Shown here one piece after another: positions 1 through 9,873 of a DNA stretch of 64,000 nt. This DNA comes from Candidatus Sigynarchaeum calidifontis. Lineage in GTDB: Archaea > Asgardarchaeota > Lokiarchaeia > Sigyniarchaeales > Sigyniarchaeaceae. The stretch is taken from contig JAUQYZ020000253.1 in NCBI GenBank assembly GCA_030587475.2, positions 10,553 through 74,552 on the forward strand, in the 5' to 3' direction. Positions within the stretch are counted from its first letter, which is position 1. Each line of letters starts with the position of its first letter. The notes beneath the pieces were generated by a model that made no database searches, was not told where the DNA came from, and was given only the letters and a program-made list of their open reading frames with translations. Made by a program: the position numbers and the translations under genes.

Positions 1-556
1 CGATCTTGCCCGTTAGCTTCAAGTTTATAAAGTCTTGAGGTTCCAGGAACTTGTACGTGCTCTTGTACACGTCTGGCAGCTGTTCCTTGATGTAGAGAAC
101 GTGGGCGATCGGATCCTTCCCCGAACGGGTTGGCCCGCCGCCCGTGATGTTTATCCATTTCAACAGCTTGAACAGGTTATATCCAGACACCTTGATGAGC
201 CCTTTATGGAGCTTCTCCATGATATAGGCACCACGCGTGTCCATCCAGATCATCGAGTTCATCAAGTGATTGCCGTCCTTGTCCACGGGAACGGTACCGC
301 TCCACTGGCTCGTGTTGCACACGCCGACGATTTTTTCAACCGGCACGCTACCCTTGTCTATTAACTTTTTTGTCGTGGCCTTGATGGCATCCCACCACTC
401 TGCCGGGTCTTGTTCCGCCTTTCCACCCTTGTCCAGGTACAGCTTCACGTCTTGGAATGCCCAGTCGATGACGTCGCCGCGGATCGACACGATGGCGGTC
501 TTAGCGCCCGAGGTTCCATGGTCAATCGCGAGAATGTACTTGTCCTTTTCGTCCAT
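1..556 (-). CDS. FGGY-family carbohydrate kinase (xylulokinase-like), runs off the window start
   Basis: Not in the ORF track. Manual translation from ATG at 556 gives MDEKDKYILAIDHGTSGAKTAIV...AEQDPAEWWDAIK...SMIWMDTRG, the FGGY_N motifs. AGGAGG on the minus strand at 565-570. Confidence 0.85.
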   Translation of the reverse strand, partial: MDEKDKYILAIDHGTSGAKTAIVSIRGDVIDWAFQDVKLYLDKGGKAEQDPAEWWDAIKATTKKLIDKGSVPVEKIVGVCNTSQWSGTVPVDKDGNHLMNSMIWMDTRGAYIMEKLHKGLIKVSGYNLFKLLKWINITGGGPTRSGKDPIAHVLYIKEQLPDVYKSTYKFLEPQDFINLKLTGKI

Positions 557-589
557 TTTATTCGCCTCCTTTCTATAATGAAAAAATGA

Positions 590-1867
590 TTAGAAGTCCA
601 TTCGCTTCACGTTGCCATGCTCGTCGATGGACTCGTAGATGAGCGGGGACTGCTTGGACTTGATCTTGTTATCAACACCCATAGCCTCTTGCATGAGGGC
701 GAGGAATTGCATGGCATCCACGCACGCCTCGGGCGGTAGCACGCCCTTCTGCTTGATCTTGCCCCGTTGCAACATTATCGCCCCGAAGGCGCATGGTATA
801 CCCGTTGCCTCGCCGAGCGCTTGTCCCTTCCCCGCGCCCTCTGACACGAGCGAAAACACGTATGTTCGCGGTTCCAGCGTGCCTTTTTTCTTTCCCTTGC
901 AAACGATCTTGACACACCCTCGTTGCTCGCCAAAATTGACTCGCTTCAATATCTCGTCGCGCTTCTTGATCAGGTAGGCGATGGCGAACTCGTGGGGGAT
1001 GACTTTCTGGTCGCCAACCAGGACGGGCTCCTTGCTCGATAAACCGCAGCGGTGAATAGTCCTGGTGAGATTGTAATATTCCTCCGGCAGCACGCTGCCC
1101 TTGTTCGTGACGCGTTTCAATCCATTCTTTATGAACATGGGGAGCGTGATGGGCTCCGGATGCGGATACGGGTAGACCTTGTGCTTGCCAGGAAGATTGA
1201 TGAACTCGACCATCTCCGTGTAATTCTCGCTCTCGGCTTGGCTTAGCTTTACCGCCTTTCCATCGAGAAACATGGGAACATCAACATCCATGCAATAGAA
1301 CCGGTGCGCGATGACCCCGGGTCCTTCGGTTGGCTCCCCGCCATGCGTGTGGAACATATCGATGGACTCGCACTCTTCGAGCAAGTCCCGCGCGGCATAG
1401 CCAGCCAGCAAGTTGGTCACGCCGGGGCTGGAGCCCATGCCGATCAGCGCCGTGATGTTCGCTTTCTTGGCCGCCGCGTCCATGGCGAGTGCCTCGTAAG
1501 TGGCACCCGTGTCGTCGTTCACGTCGACATAATTGATACCAGTCTCGATAACGGCGGACAGAACGGGTTTCAGGAACTTGTAGTATGGCCCGATGCAATT
1601 AACGACAATGTCAGCCCCCTTGATGGCTTGTTTCACGCTCGATGCGTCGCTCGCGTTTACTTGTATCGCCGAAACCTTTTCACCGAGTTGTGTAGCCAGC
1701 GCAGTGGCTTTCTTCAGATCGATGTCGCCGATGACGACCTCAGAGAAATCCTTCGATTTCGCGAGGGTCTTGGTTGCGGCGGTGCCAACAACCCCACAGC
1801 CGCCCAGCACGACCGCCCGGGCCGGTTTTTTTTCGCGGCGGGACGGGGTGCCTCCATTGCTTGACAT
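590..1867 (-). CDS. saccharopine dehydrogenase-family oxidoreductase
   Basis: Rossmann motif VLGGCGVVG, VVNCIGPYY, NYVDV, GMGSSPGVTNL, HPEPITLP, GVLPPE. Confidence 0.85.
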   Translation of the reverse strand: MSSNGGTPSRREKKPARAVVLGGCGVVGTAATKTLAKSKDFSEVVIGDIDLKKATALATQLGEKVSAIQVNASDASSVKQAIKGADIVVNCIGPYYKFLKPVLSAVIETGINYVDVNDDTGATYEALAMDAAAKKANITALIGMGSSPGVTNLLAGYAARDLLEECESIDMFHTHGGEPTEGPGVIAHRFYCMDVDVPMFLDGKAVKLSQAESENYTEMVEFINLPGKHKVYPYPHPEPITLPMFIKNGLKRVTNKGSVLPEEYYNLTRTIHRCGLSSKEPVLVGDQKVIPHEFAIAYLIKKRDEILKRVNFGEQRGCVKIVCKGKKKGTLEPRTYVFSLVSEGAGKGQALGEATGIPCAFGAIMLQRGKIKQKGVLPPEACVDAMQFLALMQEAMGVDNKIKSKQSPLIYESIDEHGNVKRMDF

Positions 1868-1968
1868 ATGTCAACTTCCATCTGGGGGGTAAAAGAACCT
1901 TCTTGCATCCCAGCCGCCCCAAAAGTTCTTGTGGTGCCGCGGACACGGACTCGTGGTGAACAAGCGCG

Positions 1969-2859
1969 ATGGCTGGCAAGAGAAAGGTAGAGGAACCGCG
2001 CGCCGCGGAAAAAACGTGTGCCGCGGGGAATCACGTCTTGCGAATCGACGGTCCCGACCAGAAAGGATTGATTCATAAAATTACAGGAGTCATCTTCGAC
2101 AACAAGCTCAACATCATCAGCAATCACGAGTTTGTCGACCCTCAGAGTGGTCACTTCTTCATGAGATCCGAGTTCACGGGTGAGGTCGACGAGAACAGAT
2201 TGATTGCCGATCTCCATACAGCACTCCCCGCGCAGTTCAATATCGTCATGACCCATCCCGGCAAGAAAGGTATCATTGTTCTCGCTACGAAAGAACACCA
2301 TTGCCTCGCTGATTTGCTCATCCGCAACGAGTTCAACAAGATCAACGCGACGATCCTGGCCGTCATCAGCAACCACGACGTGTTGCGACATCTCGTTGAG
2401 AAATTCAAGATCCCGTTCCATCTTGTTCCTAGCGAGGGCAAGACCCGGGAAGCACACGAGGCCGAGATTATAAAAATTCTTGACCAATACAAGCCCGACT
2501 ACCTCGTGCTCGCCAAGTACATGCGAATCTTCACGCCCGCATTCGTCGAAAAGTTCAAGAACCGCATCGTGAACATACACCACTCGTTTTTACCCGCATT
2601 CATCGGTGTCAATCCTTACGAGCAGGCATTCCAGCGCGGCGTGAAGATCATCGGCGCGACATCGCATTTCGTGACCGCTAACCTTGACGAAGGGCCGATC
2701 ATCGTGCAAGAGGTGATCGAGATCGACCACACGTTTTCCGCCGAGGCCATGCGCCAGGCCGGCGAGGACATCGAGGTACTAACGCTCGCCAAGGCGCTCA
2801 AGTACGTGCTCGAAGACCGGGTCTTCATCAACGCGAACAAGACCATCATCTTCAAGTAA
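1969..2859 (+). CDS. purU: formyltetrahydrofolate deformylase
   Basis: N-terminal ACT domain (GPDQKGLI), LVLAKYMRI, NIHHSFLPAFIG.NPY.QAFQRGVKIIGATSHFVT..LDEGPII.Q. Confidence 0.95.
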   Translation: MAGKRKVEEPRAAEKTCAAGNHVLRIDGPDQKGLIHKITGVIFDNKLNIISNHEFVDPQSGHFFMRSEFTGEVDENRLIADLHTALPAQFNIVMTHPGKKGIIVLATKEHHCLADLLIRNEFNKINATILAVISNHDVLRHLVEKFKIPFHLVPSEGKTREAHEAEIIKILDQYKPDYLVLAKYMRIFTPAFVEKFKNRIVNIHHSFLPAFIGVNPYEQAFQRGVKIIGATSHFVTANLDEGPIIVQEVIEIDHTFSAEAMRQAGEDIEVLTLAKALKYVLEDRVFINANKTIIFK

Positions 2860-2881
2860 AGAAAAAAGAAAGCCACGAAAC

Positions 2882-4066
2882 CTAGTACCCGCGCATGAAG
2901 AGCCAGAGCATCATCTTGCCGACCATGGCCGTTTCATTTCCAGCAAAAGCATGGTTGCCCGTGTCGAACACGATGTAATTTTCCCTCGGCATCTTCAAGA
3001 AATCACGGTTCAGCTCGAAATTCTTGTAAAAGACGACCATGTCATCCTTGCAATGGGCGAGCATGACCCGGTAATCGTTGTTCACATCCGCCCAGACCGG
3101 GTGATCGAAGAATCCCTTCGTGCGGTTGAATGAATTATAAATGGGAGAGACCATGCGGTTCTGCAGCTTGGTCGGGTCGAGATTGATGCCCATGAACTCG
3201 TAACCGGCCTTGATGACTTTTTCCATGAAGGATTTCAGCGGCCGGGTCGCCGTTAGCATGAAATCGGCCCAGGTGCACAAGGCAATGATGAACTTCACCC
3301 TGGTATCGAGGTATGCCTCGTTCAAGACGATACCGCCGCCCATCGATGCGCCCCACGCGATGATCTGGTTGGTGTCAAAATCACCCTTTTCTTTCGCCCT
3401 GGCTTCCACGAAGTCCACGACCTTGCTGAAATCCTTGATGATGTATGCGGTGTCCCACTTGTTCCCGAACCTGGCTTGGCCGTGGCCGCGCGAGTCATAA
3501 AAAAGCAGCGCGAAGCCGAGAAACGACATCGGAATCCCGAGGGGATAGAAATCCTCCTTTCGGCCACCCATGCCGTGGCACACGATGACGACGGGGGCAT
3601 TCTTCGCCGGCGTGTTCGGCCCCTTGATGATCATGCCCGGGAGCGCGTTCCCGCCACCGATGGGGATGTCGACGGGCTCGTAGGAGACCTGATCGGAACG
3701 TGTCGGGACTGGAAACCGGCTAAACGCGGCCATCTTGGCCATGATCCACTTCACCACCGACACGTCGAGCCCGAGCCACGCGGCCATGAGGATGAAGCTC
3801 GGGAGCCAGCCTTGCCCACCGATTTCCCAGCCGATGGACGAGCCAAGGCCGTCCTGGATCCAGGCTGGTATCCACACGACGACTGGAGGTACGCCAAGGA
3901 TGATCACGAGCTGCAAGAGGAACTTTTTCAAGAACTCGGACTCCCAGTTGATGCCCGATGGCCGTTTTATACCGAGTTCCTTGTCAAGCCGTCTCAATTC
4001 CTCGGGGGTAATCGGGACGGGACGTGCTGCATGCTTTGCCCCCGGCTTTTCGAGTTGTTGATTCAT
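2882..4066 (-). CDS. membrane-anchored alpha/beta hydrolase
   Basis: Two N-terminal hydrophobic helices, CHGMGG, YDSRGHGQ, nucleophile motif GASMGG, HCKDD, GNHAF. Confidence 0.85.
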   Translation of the reverse strand: MNQQLEKPGAKHAARPVPITPEELRRLDKELGIKRPSGINWESEFLKKFLLQLVIILGVPPVVVWIPAWIQDGLGSSIGWEIGGQGWLPSFILMAAWLGLDVSVVKWIMAKMAAFSRFPVPTRSDQVSYEPVDIPIGGGNALPGMIIKGPNTPAKNAPVVIVCHGMGGRKEDFYPLGIPMSFLGFALLFYDSRGHGQARFGNKWDTAYIIKDFSKVVDFVEARAKEKGDFDTNQIIAWGASMGGGIVLNEAYLDTRVKFIIALCTWADFMLTATRPLKSFMEKVIKAGYEFMGINLDPTKLQNRMVSPIYNSFNRTKGFFDHPVWADVNNDYRVMLAHCKDDMVVFYKNFELNRDFLKMPRENYIVFDTGNHAFAGNETAMVGKMMLWLFMRGY

Positions 4067-4848
4067 GGCATGACCACCCCTGTCGGCGTGAATTGCTTGT
4101 ACCGCGGTTTTATGGCCTTGTTCATGGCGATGGAAAAAAACGCCGCGACGATCATCTCTTGCGAGAGAAACACGTGGCCGCCCATGTCGAGCAACAAGTA
4201 TCCCTTCTCGTCGATGCCGAGGGCGTCCTTGTTGTTTTTAAAATCGGCGAACGGCGCGACCTCGTCGTCCTTGCAATGGGCCAGGAAGATCTTGCCCTTC
4301 GCGCCGCTTGCTCGCTCCATGTCCAGGCGGGGTATCCCGCCGCAGCAGATGGCCTTCACGTCGCCGTCATTGGCACCCGCGTAGACCCCGGCCAGTGCCG
4401 GAATCCCGAAGCCCACGATACCGATGCGCGACCCGTCGACCTTGGCATTCTCGACCAGTGCTTTTTTAAAAGCAGGAAAGGCATTCACTATTTTATCGAC
4501 GAGCTGCTGGTCAGTAATGCCTTTCGCGACCAGCTCGACCGCGAGCGTCGGGAGCCCCTGGAGCCCGTAACAAGCCCCCCAGTGCTCGAAGGCCGGGTAC
4601 TTCACGCCGCGATCCGGGAGCAAGATCACGCCCGGCATCTCTGGACCGTCATCGAAGTCGGTGGACGTGTACAAGAACGCCCGGTAGGTCGTACCACCGG
4701 CCGTGATGGCGATTTCCTTCCGCTGCAAGTTATCCGTGAACACCTGGCCCCACCGAGGCGCGCGCAAGGTCCTGATGATCGACACGACCACGATGCCGAT
4801 CGCCCCGAGGATGCCCGCGAGCGCTATCCAGAAAACGACGATAAACAT
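4063..4848 (-). CDS. membrane-anchored alpha/beta hydrolase-fold protein lacking the catalytic nucleophile
   Basis: N-terminal TM helix. RIGIVGFGIPA sits at the nucleophile elbow. LAHCKDD and GGHVF are shared with the downstream paralog. ATGA overlap at 4063-4066. Confidence 0.7.
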   Translation of the reverse strand: MFIVVFWIALAGILGAIGIVVVSIIRTLRAPRWGQVFTDNLQRKEIAITAGGTTYRAFLYTSTDFDDGPEMPGVILLPDRGVKYPAFEHWGACYGLQGLPTLAVELVAKGITDQQLVDKIVNAFPAFKKALVENAKVDGSRIGIVGFGIPALAGVYAGANDGDVKAICCGGIPRLDMERASGAKGKIFLAHCKDDEVAPFADFKNNKDALGIDEKGYLLLDMGGHVFLSQEMIVAAFFSIAMNKAIKPRYKQFTPTGVVMP

Positions 4849-4866
4849 TATTTGGAGTCACCCGCT

Positions 4867-6279
4867 TCAATCTTTCGGGCGCAGGTCGAGGATGCGCTTT
4901 TCCTTGAGCTCCTTTTCCATCCCGAGGGACTGGCTCATGCCGTCGGCGGTGAGCACCTTGATGGCTGATGGGGCGATCTCCATCTTCTCCTGGATGTAGT
5001 TTGAAAGATCCGCGGCAAGCTTCTTCTCGGGGATGGCCTTGCCCTTCTTGAGACTGACGTTGATGATGAGATCGTCGATTTGTGTCTCCTTGTTGCGCTG
5101 CAAGATGACCTGCCACTCGTCGATGGACGGGTACTCGGGCATGATCGTGTAGAACTGGTTGAGGTCGACCAGCGTGCCCTTGACCTTGTCGAAACGCACG
5201 TCCTTGACTTCGGACACCCTGCCGATCATGGACGAGATGATGGGCACAGAGCGGCCGCAGTGCGGGCATTTCTCGTACTTGATGCCCTCCTCGGCGACGT
5301 CGCCCGTGCGATAGTTCATAACGATCGTGCCGCGGCCACCCAGCGCGGTCCAGACCAGCTCCCCCTTTTCGTTCGGGCCGACGCGCTCGCCTGTCTTGGG
5401 GTCGATGCAGTACCAGAGCTCGAGATCCGGGTAGGTGTGGTACCCGGTCAAGTCGCCGTCGACGCCCCGCGGGTCGGGACACTCGAGCGGGGCCATGCGA
5501 GACTCCGTAAAGCCATATGCCGCGCAGATGCAAGGATTCGGGGCGTTCATCTCCTTGAGGAGGCCCACGATCTGCTTGCGGAAGGTTTTCGTGCAGCGGT
5601 CCCCGCCCGTGATGAGCAAGCGGATGTCGCTCAGCTGCTTCTCGGCGCCATGCGCGGTCTTGAAGACGTGGTACATGTACCCGGGAACGCCGACGAACAC
5701 GCTTGCCTTGAAGCCGTAGGTCATGCCCACGATCTTCTGGGTGCCCAGGATCTTGCCGCCGCCCGTGTGGACTGCCGTGAGACCCTGCCCGGTCGTGGCG
5801 TAGTAGACCAGCCAGAAGGCAAGGTGCGGCGAGTAGGGGAAAGAGTTGATCACGACATCCTTCGGGTTCATCCCCGTAACAGCGACGAGGCGCTTGGCGA
5901 CGACATCCATCACGTTTTGTAGATCCCAGTTCGTGTACCAGAAGGGAGTGCTGAATGCCGTGCGTCCAGTGGTGGCAATCATGAACCGGGGTTGATATTC
6001 GGCATCATTTATGTTCTGCATGATATAATAATCCGGAACATATGGATTCTCGTCCACGGGCGCGATGTCCTTCTTGCTCGTGAACGGGAATTTCTTGATG
6101 AAATCATCGACGCCCGTGATGCTGGCCGGGTCGATGTTCTTTTCCTTCATGGCCTTCTTGTATGCCGGATGGTACTTGGCGACCTCGTTGAGCATGTACT
6201 TGATCTTCTTGTCCTGGAGCCGTTTTTGTTCGTCGAAAGGCATCTTGTCCCAGTTGTCGACCGCGTGTGATTGTGACAT
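4867..6279 (-). CDS. phenylacetate-CoA ligase (PaaK)-family AMP-binding enzyme
   Basis: PFTSKKDI, AYGFTE, GELVWT, NYRTGD, KCPHCGR, IGRVSE, KVKGTLV. Confidence 0.85.
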   Translation of the reverse strand: MSQSHAVDNWDKMPFDEQKRLQDKKIKYMLNEVAKYHPAYKKAMKEKNIDPASITGVDDFIKKFPFTSKKDIAPVDENPYVPDYYIMQNINDAEYQPRFMIATTGRTAFSTPFWYTNWDLQNVMDVVAKRLVAVTGMNPKDVVINSFPYSPHLAFWLVYYATTGQGLTAVHTGGGKILGTQKIVGMTYGFKASVFVGVPGYMYHVFKTAHGAEKQLSDIRLLITGGDRCTKTFRKQIVGLLKEMNAPNPCICAAYGFTESRMAPLECPDPRGVDGDLTGYHTYPDLELWYCIDPKTGERVGPNEKGELVWTALGGRGTIVMNYRTGDVAEEGIKYEKCPHCGRSVPIISSMIGRVSEVKDVRFDKVKGTLVDLNQFYTIMPEYPSIDEWQVILQRNKETQIDDLIINVSLKKGKAIPEKKLAADLSNYIQEKMEIAPSAIKVLTADGMSQSLGMEKELKEKRILDLRPKD

Positions 6280-6300
6280 CGGTTCTTTTTCCCCTCTTCT

Positions 6301-6498
6301 TTAATCGATTTCGTCGAGCGTGAGCTCGCGCAATTTCTTGGACTTGCAAGACTTGCTCGGGCACTTGTTGCCTTTCTTCTTGGCACACTTGGCGCATACC
6401 AGGCGCAAACAATCCTCGCAAATCAGCAGCTTGTTATCGCCAGCGATGGGCTGGTGACTCGAGAGCAAAAATCCACACTCGTTGCATGATTTTGTCAT
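6301..6498 (-). CDS. small 8-Cys double zinc finger (C4C4 RING-like) protein
   Basis: C-x2-C-x18-C-x2-C-x4-C-x2-C-x7-C-x4-C in 65 aa; AGGAG upstream on the minus strand. Confidence 0.7.
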   Translation of the reverse strand: MTKSCNECGFLLSSHQPIAGDNKLLICEDCLRLVCAKCAKKKGNKCPSKSCKSKKLRELTLDEID

Positions 6499-6686
6499 TC
6501 TAAACCAGTCTCCTTAATTGGTAGGTGATGATATTCCGAGTTCTGCTCGTGGCAATTAAAGGTTATAGCAAAGAATCACGGCGTGGCTCGCCGATCCTTT
6601 CACGTTTAAAATATACATTAATATAATGCCAAGTTCAAGCGGTGTCCATCTTAATGATTATAACTCCCGTGGGAGATTGACCTTCC

Positions 6687-8270
6687 ATGACGATTTCAAT
6701 TGTATTAAAAGATAAAATGGACCGCATCGTGAAAGCGCCGCTGCGCATCTACGATTCCATCGAGCGGGACATGGTCGACCATCGAACCGTGAAGGTCTCG
6801 ATGGTTGCCGCCCTTCTGGTCTACCATGCATTGCTAGTGCTCGGGGTGATATTTGCTCAATGGACGCCGGACTGGTCAGCCATCGACGGATACACGATAT
6901 GGGACAATTGGATCAGCGATCTCGGCGGCAGCAAGTATACCGTGCCCCACACGCCGTTGCCGATCTTGTATGACCTTGCATGCGTGTTCGCCGGGGCGTT
7001 GACGATCCCCTTGACATTTTTCCTTGAGGGCATCGTCGCGCCGCGGGATAGCAACATGAGCCGGTGGCGGCTCAGGCTCGCGAGCCTCGGCTTCCTCTTT
7101 GGCCTTGTTGGGAACATCGGTTACATCGGCGTGGGCGTGTTCTCCGAGGACAGGAACTTCTGGGGACTCCATGGTATCACGTCCGCGCTCGCGTTCGGTG
7201 GCTTTGTCGTGAGCGGGTTCTTCATCGCGCTCTGCGCGTTGATCTACCGCACGAGAATACCAAAAAAGGTTGGCATCTACATGCTCTTCGTCCCGCCCAT
7301 GACCATCGTCCTCCAGGCGCTGCCGGCGGTCGTGCCGGCCGTGAGCGGGCCGCTCATGGAATGGATGCTGCTCTTCTCCATCCTCGGGTGGGTGGACCCG
7401 CTCTCCATCATCACATTGGCTGGATTCAGGCGCGAGGAGGAGATTCGAAAGCACGGCGGCGCGGTCGAGCCGCCGGCCCACCAGCAGAAAGGGATGGAAT
7501 GGGTGCCCGTGAGGCGGTTCTTGCGGAAAAAACTGGATTTTTTGAAAATGATTGCCGACCGCCTGGAAGGCGTCTACACGGACGAGAAGGTGTTCAAGGT
7601 CGTCGCCTGGGCCGGCATCGTCGCGTGCCCGGCGCTGCTCCTCGCCGGGATCCTGGTCGCCGCGTCGGGTGGATTTAGCATCGGGATCGACGCCCCGACC
7701 GCACTGGGCTCGGTTGCCTTCACGCCGGCCCCGTGGCTGTTTGACGCGTTCTGCATCGTGATCGGGGTGCTCGCGATACCGGCCGTGTATTATTTCGAAA
7801 AGCAGCTAGCACCGCTGCCTGACCAGCTTGGCGGCGACCTTTCCCGCCCGAGATACAAGCTGACCACGTACGGGCTGGTGCTGGGCATCCTGGGAAGTTT
7901 CGGGTTCGTCATCCTGGGCATCTTTTCCCGCGACAGGCCGGTGAAGGCGGGTCATTACACGGTACCCGTGTTCGCGTACGCCGAAATCGCCGGTTGCATC
8001 GCGTTCGCCCTCGCATTCATGTGCATCGGCGAGTGCATCTTGCTCTACGAAACGGGTCACCCGAAGGTCTTGGGCTTGTACGGGCTGCTTGGCCCTTTCA
8101 TCGCGCTCGTGGCATGGGCCGCCACGAGAACGGCGCTTGCCGAGTGGCTGGTCCTCTTCGCTATCATCGCCTTCATGGTCTTGTTGCTCGCTTCATGCAT
8201 GGCGAGAACGTGCAAGGCGGGAACCGGCCTGCCCGTGAAGGGTACCACGAAACCAGGTGATGGAAAATGA
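6687..8270 (+). CDS. polytopic membrane protein with two tandem DUF998/Frag1-like units
   Basis: About 12 hydrophobic helices with an internal duplication (WISDLG...SRWRLRL...GVFSEDR...EWML versus PTALG...SRPRYKL...GIFSRDR...EWLV). Confidence 0.65.
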   Translation: MTISIVLKDKMDRIVKAPLRIYDSIERDMVDHRTVKVSMVAALLVYHALLVLGVIFAQWTPDWSAIDGYTIWDNWISDLGGSKYTVPHTPLPILYDLACVFAGALTIPLTFFLEGIVAPRDSNMSRWRLRLASLGFLFGLVGNIGYIGVGVFSEDRNFWGLHGITSALAFGGFVVSGFFIALCALIYRTRIPKKVGIYMLFVPPMTIVLQALPAVVPAVSGPLMEWMLLFSILGWVDPLSIITLAGFRREEEIRKHGGAVEPPAHQQKGMEWVPVRRFLRKKLDFLKMIADRLEGVYTDEKVFKVVAWAGIVACPALLLAGILVAASGGFSIGIDAPTALGSVAFTPAPWLFDAFCIVIGVLAIPAVYYFEKQLAPLPDQLGGDLSRPRYKLTTYGLVLGILGSFGFVILGIFSRDRPVKAGHYTVPVFAYAEIAGCIAFALAFMCIGECILLYETGHPKVLGLYGLLGPFIALVAWAATRTALAEWLVLFAIIAFMVLLLASCMARTCKAGTGLPVKGTTKPGDGK

Positions 8271-9070
8271 CGCGACGAGACGATCGAAGAGCCACGGCCA
8301 CCGTGATCGCGACCCTACTCATTAACCTATTCGCCATCGCCATTTTCCAAACAAGAATAGGTAACCGTGATGTGGAACCCGCCCGGCTCGGAAGCATCGC
8401 GGCAGCCGGCATTCACGATCCCGTGTCCATCGATGGCAATGCCGCAATGGATGCCTTCTTTAATGGAAACGGCACGGACGGCGCTTCTTGGTTGTCAGCC
8501 TACATGTTACTGCAGCTCGATATCGATGCAAGCGGCAGCCCCGCCGGCATCGAGCTCAAGAACACGAATCGCTTCATCATCATCCAATCATGCATGGTGA
8601 AAAACGCTGGAACGGGTGGGGATGGCATCCGCCTGGTAAATTGCACGAACGTGAAGATCAGCTGCTGCGTGGTGGAGAATAACACGAACGGGATTTCGCT
8701 CAAGAACTGTGCCAACAACAGCATCTTCGAGACCAACGCGAGCTGGAACGCTGCACACGGCGTGTTCCTGCAAAATTCGAGCCACAACAAGGTTTTGCTC
8801 AGCAACATCACGCGGAACGTCCAATACGGCGTTTATCTCGGCGACTCCTATCACAACGAGATCACGCGGAATTTCTTCAAGAAAAACGGCAACGGGTGCA
8901 TATTCCTCGAAAATTCGCGGGAGAACATCATCACGGAGAATAGATGCGACACGCCCGCAACACCAGGGTTCGATACCGCCTGGCTTGAGGTGTTCATCAC
9001 GCTCGGCATCACGACCGTGCTGATCGTGAATCATCGAGGGAAACGCTGCCCGATCGAAGCCATTGCTTGA
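8267..9070 (+). CDS. surface right-handed parallel beta-helix (NosD-like) protein with a C-terminal PGF-type sorting signal
   Basis: N-terminal hydrophobic signal, repeated GI.L.N.SNN.I units, C-terminal TPGFD followed by a TM helix and basic tail. Confidence 0.8.
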   Translation: MTRRDDRRATATVIATLLINLFAIAIFQTRIGNRDVEPARLGSIAAAGIHDPVSIDGNAAMDAFFNGNGTDGASWLSAYMLLQLDIDASGSPAGIELKNTNRFIIIQSCMVKNAGTGGDGIRLVNCTNVKISCCVVENNTNGISLKNCANNSIFETNASWNAAHGVFLQNSSHNKVLLSNITRNVQYGVYLGDSYHNEITRNFFKKNGNGCIFLENSRENIITENRCDTPATPGFDTAWLEVFITLGITTVLIVNHRGKRCPIEAIA

Positions 9071-9228
9071 TCGCGCTCATTTATTCTCTTAACCTCTTTT
9101 TACCTATACGAGCGAAATTTCGTGTGTACAAAGATCTGTGGCAGAGCCACGATCTTTATATCTGGCGATGTCAATATCATAACAAACGAATATGAGAGGA
9201 ATCAAAGGCAGAGCGTGATTTCACCACG

Positions 9229-9798
9229 ATGAGCACCCGGGGGAGTTCACAAATAACACCGTCACACGTCGACTATGCTTGGAAGGTCATCATTGGGGGC
9301 GAAGGGGGCGTTGGCAAGTCAACGCTGATCCATCGTTATGTGTACAAAGAATTCAAGGACAACACGGCGATGACGATCGGCTGCTCGCATCATAGCCAGT
9401 ATATCGATCGATACAATAAAACCATAAACCTCATCCTCTGGGACCTGGGTGGCCAAGAGCGGTTCCAAATGCTGCACCCCGCCTATGCAACGGGAGCGGC
9501 GGCTGGCTACGTCTGTTTCGACATGGCGGCACTAGAGACGCTGAAAAACGTCGACAAGTGGGCGCAGCTCATCCGGAAGTTCAACAAGCCCGACACGCCT
9601 GTCCTTCTTGTCGGCACGAAATACGACTTGATGCAAACGCAAGAACAATTGGACGAAGTCTGCGCGCTTGCGAACCAGAAAGTAGCTGCCCTCGGCCTCG
9701 ACGCGTTCATGGTCACGTCGTCCAAGATGAACGTGAACGTCGACGAGACCATCAACTACATGATCGATTACCTGCTCTGGAAAAACAGCAGCGCGTGA
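9229..9798 (+). CDS. Rab/Ras-like small GTPase
   Basis: G1 GEGGVGKS, switch I TIG, G3 WDLGGQERF, G4 GTKYD, G5 TSSK; no C-terminal prenylation cysteine. Confidence 0.92.
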   Translation: MSTRGSSQITPSHVDYAWKVIIGGEGGVGKSTLIHRYVYKEFKDNTAMTIGCSHHSQYIDRYNKTINLILWDLGGQERFQMLHPAYATGAAAGYVCFDMAALETLKNVDKWAQLIRKFNKPDTPVLLVGTKYDLMQTQEQLDEVCALANQKVAALGLDAFMVTSSKMNVNVDETINYMIDYLLWKNSSA

Positions 9799-9873
9799 GC
9801 CAGACCTGGCACGCGCATCAGAGCACGCGGGCGGATCCAAACCCATTTATCCCCCCACGAGAAGGACGGATGC

